From a virus, in the IMG/VR virus record IMGVR_UViG_3300042535_000023, positions 18,192 through 82,191 of that record: a stretch of DNA of 64,000 nt; one strand, 5' to 3'. This document shows, in pieces, positions 28,958-36,676 of the stretch. Both the position numbers and the translations under genes were made by a program. Position 1 is the first letter of the stretch, and the number at the start of each line of letters is the position of its first letter. The notes beneath the pieces were generated by a model. That model was given only the letters and a program-made list of their open reading frames with translations, was not told where the DNA came from and made no database searches.

Positions 28958-30568
28958 AATTTTCTCCTAAATTTAATACCAACTGGTGCTGGTATTTATA
29001 AAAACCTGCGCGTTCATTAAAGGAATAACACTCATAACAGTTCCTGACATAGTAACATCCCCATCAACTGTAAATGTATCCATATTTGTATAAGGCTGTC
29101 TATGCAATGGCTCATAAAGTCCTGGCATATCTCCCATATAAGCACCATTGGCCACTAATCTTACTTTATCCATTAATAATTCACCAGTGGCTGGGTTTGG
29201 AAAAGTTATTGCATTATAATAACCAAGGTTAGTTTTACCAAAATTAAAATAAGCTATGGCTCTATTACCATTACCCTTTAGATAGTCCCAATAACGCCAA
29301 CAACGTTTTCCATTAGTATCATAATTAATAGAATTTATATTATAGCCAGCTGAAGCCCTACTAGCATCACCTGTAATACCGTGAGTAAGCATAGTATTAT
29401 ATGGAAACTCTGTGTCTCTACATTTATAGTCCCCGAAAAAATTTAAAACTCTACTTGTGTAAGAAGCATTACTACACATAACAATATAAAAACTTCTATC
29501 TGAAGCATAAACCTCCCATCTTGCGGTTACACCAGAAACAGTAGAGTCAACCTTCCACCAAACTCTACTTGTGTCATTCCAATCGCTGAAGGGCTCCTCA
29601 CCTGTGTTTATATCAGACATTGTAGCGTAGGCCTGAACTTGAGCAAACCTGTAATCGCCGGCCGAAATCGGAGCATTATCATCAATATATAAATAACAGC
29701 CCCTAGAACCAGAGAGAGTTGACCTAAATACGGCTTTGCCGGAGCCTACATCCTCATAAGGACATTGCCAGCCAGCACCTGAAATGGTAACTCCAGAAGA
29801 AGTGGTCCATCCATCCACTAAACACTTTTTTAACACAGTATTTAAAGACCCTTTAGTGTAGTCCAATAAAGGGGCGCCTTGATCCAAATATGTATATTTA
29901 TGAATTAAACTCATCTATGTCTCCTATGTCCAAGGGCCTGTAAGATCTATAACACACATACTATTATAGCAAGGTAAACAATATAAATTTCTTCCTGATA
30001 GACTACCTGAACCAGAAAAAGTTACTGGATATGAAACTGCTGATGATGGGCTATGTATGATGTCGTATAGTCCTGGCATTTTTCCAATTAAACTTGAATT
30101 CTGCACCATATTGACAGGCTCTATTACCATGTCCCCCAAAATAGGATCAGGAAAAACTGATAAAGCAGTATGTAGCCCAAGGTAACTAGAATTTCCAACC
30201 GTCAGGTAAGTAAATTGCTGACCTGTCTGTAAAATTTCATTCCAACCACGTCTACAGTATTTTCCAGAAGTATTTATAGTCTGAAGATCATAATTATATT
30301 CCATATTATCTCTATAAGTGCCATTAACACCATGTATTAAAGCTGTATTATAAACAAAGGCAGTATTCCTAGCTACATAATCTCCAAAAAAGAATATAGC
30401 TTTATGTGCGACAACTGTAGCATGACTACCAACATAGTAAAAAGAAGTGTCTGATGCTATAACTTCCCAAGGATTTGCTGCATTGTCTTGACTTTGGCAC
30501 CAATTAACTGCAGCAGAGTTTGTAAACGGCTCAGTTCCCGTATTTATATCAGACATTGTAGCGTAGGC
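28701..30568. repeat. Three identical 26-bp direct repeats TTTATATCAGACATTGTAGCGTAGGC (28701-28726, 29607-29632, 30543-30568)
   Basis: Read directly; one copy in each tail paralogue, encoding AYATMSDIN. Confidence 0.92.
28973..29914 (-). CDS. Tail-fibre-like protein, paralogue 2
   Basis: DQGAP...LKKCLVDGW, AYATMSDINTG, FFGDY, GDMPGL. Confidence 0.65.
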   Translation of the reverse strand: MSLIHKYTYLDQGAPLLDYTKGSLNTVLKKCLVDGWTTSSGVTISGAGWQCPYEDVGSGKAVFRSTLSGSRGCYLYIDDNAPISAGDYRFAQVQAYATMSDINTGEEPFSDWNDTSRVWWKVDSTVSGVTARWEVYASDRSFYIVMCSNASYTSRVLNFFGDYKCRDTEFPYNTMLTHGITGDASRASAGYNINSINYDTNGKRCWRYWDYLKGNGNRAIAYFNFGKTNLGYYNAITFPNPATGELLMDKVRLVANGAYMGDMPGLYEPLHRQPYTNMDTFTVDGDVTMSGTVMSVIPLMNAQVFINTSTSWY

Positions 30569-30808
30569 CTGAACCACTGCATATCCAGATGCGTTAGAAT
30601 TATCTACTCTTAAATAACATCTATTACCAGAAGGTGGGCGATAAACCCTTAGGTTAGCTCCTGTATATACTATAGACCAACCAGCGGAAGCCTTAGAACC
30701 ATAGCCATTAACTAAGCATGCATCTAAAACACTAACTAACTGGCCAGCAGTAAAGTTTGTTATTTGTGGGGCACTTGCATCTGTTGAGCTATATTTTGTT
30801 ATTGCCAT
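29924..30808 (-). CDS. Tail-fibre-like protein, paralogue 3
   Basis: STDASAP...LDACLVNGYG, AYATMSDINTG, FFGDY, GKMPGL. Confidence 0.65.
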   Translation of the reverse strand: MAITKYSSTDASAPQITNFTAGQLVSVLDACLVNGYGSKASAGWSIVYTGANLRVYRPPSGNRCYLRVDNSNASGYAVVQAYATMSDINTGTEPFTNSAAVNWCQSQDNAANPWEVIASDTSFYYVGSHATVVAHKAIFFFGDYVARNTAFVYNTALIHGVNGTYRDNMEYNYDLQTINTSGKYCRRGWNEILQTGQQFTYLTVGNSSYLGLHTALSVFPDPILGDMVIEPVNMVQNSSLIGKMPGLYDIIHSPSSAVSYPVTFSGSGSLSGRNLYCLPCYNSMCVIDLTGPWT

Positions 30809-30816
30809 AAAATCTC

Positions 30817-31512
30817 CTATCTCATATGGTAAATACCTACTCTATTTGTTCCTTCATCAATAACAAAAGCCCCTGATGTGGTAGCTACAAATAGAACATT
30901 GTTTATTTTATTAAGTGATGTTTTTTCAGTTACATAAATATCATTTATTTTTTCATTCTTTGGTAATTTTGAATCATCCGTTAAATATTTATAAGATGAC
31001 TCTTCCCAATTATTTAATTTATTTGTTTGAACATCTATTTCCCAACCAGCTACACCTGAAATAGTATAGTATAACTCACCATAACTTGTAATATGACACT
31101 TTTCGGCCCGGCCTCCGCCGGTTATAGTAGTAATACTTTTATAACCCTGTGGTATGGCCTCAATTAAAGAAACCCTTGTTCCTGAATTAGAGACTATACC
31201 TAAAAAATTACCATTAGCATTAACATAATTAACATTATTACTTTCTATATAAGGGGAGGTTAAATAATCTTCTAAACAATTATATAAATTATAAGGAGTA
31301 ATTACACTACCACTAATACAAGTCTTGTTTACCCTTTTTAGCCCGCTGTAAGTAGTTCCAATATAAACATAATCTTTGGCCCCAGTTATTGATACGGTAT
31401 CCTCTAATGGTATATAAGCACACAAATCATTAGTATCTACTGTGTATATACTTAACTGACTTGCTGCAGCTGCGTAAATATAATTACTATCTGTATATAT
31501 TTGTTTTATCAT
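30817..31512 (-). CDS. Beta-propeller-like putative structural protein
   Basis: Repeated strand motifs YIYAA, YVYIGT, LFVATTSG. Confidence 0.55.
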   Translation of the reverse strand: MIKQIYTDSNYIYAAAASQLSIYTVDTNDLCAYIPLEDTVSITGAKDYVYIGTTYSGLKRVNKTCISGSVITPYNLYNCLEDYLTSPYIESNNVNYVNANGNFLGIVSNSGTRVSLIEAIPQGYKSITTITGGGRAEKCHITSYGELYYTISGVAGWEIDVQTNKLNNWEESSYKYLTDDSKLPKNEKINDIYVTEKTSLNKINNVLFVATTSGAFVIDEGTNRVGIYHMR

Positions 31513-34500
31513 TAAGGTATAATCCTATCAAAAATCATAGCATTAAATGTATCTCTTGGTGGTAAAGCTACTACATAATGAGGTTCCCCAGCATAAGGAG
31601 AAGATACCATGAAAGTCCCACTCTCGGTAGCAGTATTTGTGTAATCTACAACTTCCCCTGTGCTACTTCTATGTAAATAAATAGGCACTCCAGAGGACCT
31701 GGTCCCTAAATCGGAAGCCCAACCATTAAATGTAAACCTATTATAAAAATTAAAAACTTCGCTTGTATTTGTTACTCCAGTTGTTGTGGTTTCAATATAC
31801 CACTTATATTCAATACCACTTGGAGTATCAAAATCTACATAAACAGTATCGCCACTATGAACACCTGAAACTGTGCTACCTATATGGGCATTATAAATAT
31901 CATAAAAATCAACTGAAAAACTACTATCAGGAAGACCTGACATAGTTACTATTGCAGACAATTGTTTGGTTTGGCCATATACTGTGCTTCCATTTTCTGG
32001 TATAATATTAGAAAAAGCAAAAAACTCAGAAATAGATTGAAGTAGCCCATCATTTAAACTATAATATGTAGCCTTTCTCCAAGCATCTGATCTAGCTATA
32101 CTCGATATTCTAACCTCATCTATATGGCCTTTAAATGACTGACTATAACCAACCGAACCGCCTATAGCGTTTGATGTATTAGCTCCTATACTCACCCCAC
32201 TAACTGATGTGCTACTATCTTTTTGAACCAAATCCATGTAAGCTATAAGATTTGACCCAGATCTTACTAAATTATAATATTGCCAAGTTCCAGTTACAGT
32301 AGCTATATTATCTACATAAACTGACCCATTAACAAAAGTTACACCATAAGCAAGCCCAGAATCAACATATAAGGCATGAAACTTATTAGCAGAGGAACTA
32401 TTACTAAATATGGTATTCGGCCCTACTATATAAATACCGCCTTCTATAGTAAAATCACCTGTTCCAAAGTTAAAATTAGAACTATCCTTCAAAGCTATTA
32501 GGTCGTTGGAACCGTCAAAATCTAAGGCTCGTCCTACTTGTCCATTTACTATAGAATCTGCTTCTATCATTGACCCTTGTGGGGTGCCATGTAATTGATA
32601 TTTAGTTGAATCTTTTATACTATCTGTTCCATATACTGGGTTTTGATTTAAATGATATACAGCACTGTAATTATTAGACCACACTTTTTGCGCGGAAAAA
32701 TCTCCAACATCGCCAATATATTGGGAGGCTGGTTTATTTTTATCATAATAAAGTTTAAGTTGTGTGTAGGAGATGCTATCAACAGTAGGAACTTTTGTCC
32801 AAAGTGATGCCTTATTGACATACTCATATAAACATATTTTACGAATTAAAATATTGGTTCCGCCTCCAGAAATATTATCAGCGACCCTAAAAATATAATA
32901 TCTAAATGACTGATTATTATCTAAATAGAAAAATTGTTTATCTATACGATCTATAGCAACATGGTCTCTGGCTGTAAAGGTGCCCAACAAAGTTAAATCA
33001 TCTATATTAGAATAAGTTGTATTAGAAAAAGCAGCACTACTATTAGAACCATAAATAGAAAAGTTCTTTGCACCCATATTAGTAACACCGCCAGAAGAAT
33101 GTCCATTTTCTATATAAAATCTTTTTATTATCTTACTTTCACCTAAATCAATATTAAATTTTTGATTGGTTATTTGCCCATTCCCTGATGCCCAGGTGGC
33201 GTTTGCATGATTACCTAAAACGGTTATGGTTGGATCAACAGCAAACCAAGGTAAATAATTTGAATCATGATAACTTGTGGCTATTACTGTAGTTGTGTTA
33301 ATTATTTTAGGATAAACAGAAACATATCTATTTTCCCAATCACTAATTTCTGTATAAAGTTCTGTCTCTATTCCACTCACAGTGGTAGTTACAGCCATAC
33401 TTTTTCTGTTATGCCAAGATTTACCATACTCATCTTTGGGGTAATCAAAGCCTATTTTATAGTAATTGGGTATACCTTTAGTTATTCTTGGATAAGCTAT
33501 GTAGCCGGCAGTAAATTGAATTATATTATTTTCAGAACTGTTCATTCTTCCACCAACACGTATTGCTTTATTTGTACATCCTAAAGAGGCAGAATGTGTG
33601 GTCTTGCTAAGGAAAAACCCATTTAAATAAAAATACAAATAACCATCCATCCTGACCAAGGCTACATGATGCCATTGGTTAGTAGTAAGTCCTGGGGCCG
33701 ATACAGCTATAAAAGAAGATGCCCCCGAAGCTCTTGTAGCAAAAACTATCTTTACTCCAGAACCCCAAGCGCCGTCTGTACCATATTGAAGTGCCCAGGT
33801 TCCGTCTCCGGCTGCATCCATCGCCCCTTGTGAAAATAAACATTTGGCAACCGATACATCTGTAGGATATACCCAAGCCTCCATAGTAAAGTCGCCGATG
33901 CCCAGATTTATAGAGGGATCGTATGGAGTGTATAAGTAAGAAGTCGATCCATTAAAATATAAACTCTGCTTAAAAGATAACAATGTACCTATAGGGACAA
34001 AATTAGAGGGTGGAGAATAAGAAAACTCATTAGAATTAAATCTAAAAGTAGCAGTAGAGGTAGTATATAAACCTACTATTGGTTTTACTGGCACCGCTCT
34101 ATTTTTTAAAAAAGAGGAGCCCGTAAAAGCTGGATTCTCGCCAGTAGTTGGATTTCCTGATGCTTGCCAAACACCATTTTTAGAAAACCAAACAGAGCCC
34201 GTGTAATGATCGACAGCAACACCAACCACATCCCCAACAGCAAAAGTATTACCATAAGCTGTTGGTAAGGCATTATAATATGTATTTCCACTATTTCCAT
34301 AATAACCATAACTTGTGGTGTTGTCTCCAGGGTAAAAACCCGTAGGATTGCCTATACCTACCATATGATGGGTACTCGAACCCTGGTCCACTATAACTTC
34401 AAAATAGTATCTACCAAAATCTGCATGGGCATTTGTAGTAATACTTGCCCAACTATTATAAGCGGCGTAAGATACTGATTTTTTTTCAGTTGTAATAGTG

Positions 34501-36665
34501 GCATGGTAATTAAAATAATACTTTTTTATTAGATTACCAACAAAAGATACTGGATTTTTATAATTGGAGATGTCACCATCAAAAGATAAAAGTAATTTAG
34601 TCCCGCTTGTTGTTGTATAAGGATAAGTTGGAGGAGTAAAATTAGATGTCCATAAAGCCTCCCCTTTGGTTATTCTTACGCCATACATACTACCAACAAA
34701 CGGTATTACTGTTCCTCCGTCAAGTAAATCTTTTCCTATATTTAAAGGACGAGTTGTAGCGAAATTATTAGAAACGGTCCCAGATGCTGTAGCTATACCA
34801 TCCTTATATATCTTTGTCTGATTGGTCCCTTCCCTGACAACCGCTATGTGGGTAAAGGTATTACTAGTAGGTGTTCCCCCATTATTTATCATCTCTACTA
34901 AACCACTGTGAAACTCTAACTGGCCGCCAAAAATTTCAAAAGACCACATATCAGCACTAGCACCGGAGCTTGGCCTATTACTAATTAAAGCTCGTCCTGT
35001 TCCAATGGCTGACATATTAACATACATATCTATAGTAAAAGGGCCTGTTCCAAAAGTCCAATCATCGGAACTTGGTAACTGTAAGTAAGAAGTTCCATCA
35101 AAATTACAACAATAGTTAAAACCACTAACTGTTGTCCCACTTATTGTAGCATTATTATAAAAATTAATTTGTCTTGATGAATCAACATCATCCATGGTAG
35201 AATGTATATATAAAATATCCTCTGCTTCCGCTGGAATTTCTTTTTCATTGGTTGGAATAAAAGTATTATCAAACAAACAATTGCCGTTATTGATTCTTAA
35301 TTCAGATATATATCCGTTTAAGTAATGATCAGAAAAAGTATTACCATTTATGCCTATAATTAGGGGCTGAGTAGAAATACCCAAAATAGGTCCAGCGTAA
35401 TAAGAATCTTGTTCACCATTTATATAACAGGACGTTATTTTACCATTATAACATAAACTAATATGATACCATATATTAGCGCTAATGGTTTTTGCCCCTG
35501 TTATCAACGTTCCTGCGCCAGCAAAATATCCTTGTGGATACCAACATATTTTATTTCCTGAGCTAAGATACAAATACCAAGAACCATTAACAGAAGTATT
35601 CTGCCAAACATTTAAAAGTGTTTGTTGCGTAGAAACTACGCTAAAATTAACCCAAAAGTCTATAGTAAAATCTTGATTATTAAAATAAAAATCCGATGAT
35701 GCTGGGATAGAAATATAAGAACTTAATCCATTAAAATAATAACTTTTTTCAAATATCCCGTACCCTGAGTAAGATTGCACATTAGTAAAAGACATATATT
35801 TTACGGGAGTTGATAAATCCCCCTCTGGTAACAACAATAATCTAGTATCTTTATCAGGAATATATGATCCTATAACCGAATCCAATTGAAAATCCGAGGT
35901 CCATTTAGCCACACCTTTAGTAACCCTAATCAATGCTAAATTACCTTTAAATCTTCTATCTGAGGGATTAGACCCTATGTAAAGATCGGCCGCAACAATA
36001 GATGTGGAATTATTTGATGACCCAGAAGCTACTCCGTTAATATAAATACTTATTGCCCCACTATTTTTTACCACTGCGACGTGTGACCACTGTCCTGAAG
36101 TTAAAGCGGAAGTAGAGGCCAGCTGAAATGCCCACACAGAACCATTATAATAAATATGAACTCCTATGTAAAGACCGCCTGTAGACCAATCAGAGGCTGT
36201 AGAATACCCCAAAGTTATTTCCAAATAAGCGGCAATTCTAAAAACTATATCACGCTCGTTTGTAGATCCGTATGGCTCTATCCAAAAATCTACTGTAAAA
36301 TCTTCTGTACCAAAAGCCCAATCTGAACTGGAAGGTATAAGCAAATAATCATCTAAACCATCAAAATAATAACAATAATCCGTGTCATTTAAACTAGATG
36401 TACCACTTATAATCGCCCCACCATAATAAGTAATATTATGCCTAGACCATGAAGAGTCTCCAACACAGTGATTTAATAAGCTTGTACCACTGACATTAGG
36501 ATCATAATCTAATTTTGTAAATACGTTAGAAAGGTCATAATTATTTATACCCGTTCCAGATGCTATAGACATTAAGGCAGGAAAATCTACAAGATCTTCA
36601 TCTATTTTACTACTATCAATTACTAAAGTAGTGCTATAATCCCAACCTGTTGGATCAAAGGTCAT
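31512..36665 (-). CDS. Giant multi-lectin virion protein (split DUF2341, ~5 LamG, SPRY, discoidin-like, C-terminal beta-sandwich)
   Basis: Repeated FDG...FGT.DFT[VI]D.W...WxHVAVV...RITKG LamG units; GRYYFEV...GDVVGVAVD...WFSKNG SPRY; NQKFNIDLG...FRYY discoidin. Confidence 0.8.
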   Translation of the reverse strand: MTFDPTGWDYSTTLVIDSSKIDEDLVDFPALMSIASGTGINNYDLSNVFTKLDYDPNVSGTSLLNHCVGDSSWSRHNITYYGGAIISGTSSLNDTDYCYYFDGLDDYLLIPSSSDWAFGTEDFTVDFWIEPYGSTNERDIVFRIAAYLEITLGYSTASDWSTGGLYIGVHIYYNGSVWAFQLASTSALTSGQWSHVAVVKNSGAISIYINGVASGSSNNSTSIVAADLYIGSNPSDRRFKGNLALIRVTKGVAKWTSDFQLDSVIGSYIPDKDTRLLLLPEGDLSTPVKYMSFTNVQSYSGYGIFEKSYYFNGLSSYISIPASSDFYFNNQDFTIDFWVNFSVVSTQQTLLNVWQNTSVNGSWYLYLSSGNKICWYPQGYFAGAGTLITGAKTISANIWYHISLCYNGKITSCYINGEQDSYYAGPILGISTQPLIIGINGNTFSDHYLNGYISELRINNGNCLFDNTFIPTNEKEIPAEAEDILYIHSTMDDVDSSRQINFYNNATISGTTVSGFNYCCNFDGTSYLQLPSSDDWTFGTGPFTIDMYVNMSAIGTGRALISNRPSSGASADMWSFEIFGGQLEFHSGLVEMINNGGTPTSNTFTHIAVVREGTNQTKIYKDGIATASGTVSNNFATTRPLNIGKDLLDGGTVIPFVGSMYGVRITKGEALWTSNFTPPTYPYTTTSGTKLLLSFDGDISNYKNPVSFVGNLIKKYYFNYHATITTEKKSVSYAAYNSWASITTNAHADFGRYYFEVIVDQGSSTHHMVGIGNPTGFYPGDNTTSYGYYGNSGNTYYNALPTAYGNTFAVGDVVGVAVDHYTGSVWFSKNGVWQASGNPTTGENPAFTGSSFLKNRAVPVKPIVGLYTTSTATFRFNSNEFSYSPPSNFVPIGTLLSFKQSLYFNGSTSYLYTPYDPSINLGIGDFTMEAWVYPTDVSVAKCLFSQGAMDAAGDGTWALQYGTDGAWGSGVKIVFATRASGASSFIAVSAPGLTTNQWHHVALVRMDGYLYFYLNGFFLSKTTHSASLGCTNKAIRVGGRMNSSENNIIQFTAGYIAYPRITKGIPNYYKIGFDYPKDEYGKSWHNRKSMAVTTTVSGIETELYTEISDWENRYVSVYPKIINTTTVIATSYHDSNYLPWFAVDPTITVLGNHANATWASGNGQITNQKFNIDLGESKIIKRFYIENGHSSGGVTNMGAKNFSIYGSNSSAAFSNTTYSNIDDLTLLGTFTARDHVAIDRIDKQFFYLDNNQSFRYYIFRVADNISGGGTNILIRKICLYEYVNKASLWTKVPTVDSISYTQLKLYYDKNKPASQYIGDVGDFSAQKVWSNNYSAVYHLNQNPVYGTDSIKDSTKYQLHGTPQGSMIEADSIVNGQVGRALDFDGSNDLIALKDSSNFNFGTGDFTIEGGIYIVGPNTIFSNSSSANKFHALYVDSGLAYGVTFVNGSVYVDNIATVTGTWQYYNLVRSGSNLIAYMDLVQKDSSTSVSGVSIGANTSNAIGGSVGYSQSFKGHIDEVRISSIARSDAWRKATYYSLNDGLLQSISEFFAFSNIIPENGSTVYGQTKQLSAIVTMSGLPDSSFSVDFYDIYNAHIGSTVSGVHSGDTVYVDFDTPSGIEYKWYIETTTTGVTNTSEVFNFYNRFTFNGWASDLGTRSSGVPIYLHRSSTGEVVDYTNTATESGTFMVSSPYAGEPHYVVALPPRDTFNAMIFDRIIP

Positions 36666-36676
36666 ATATTACCTCG

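Noticed and set aside
28701-30568. 26-bp direct repeats as a CRISPR array
   Set aside because: Copies are ~900 bp apart, in frame inside coding paralogues, with no spacer-sized intervals
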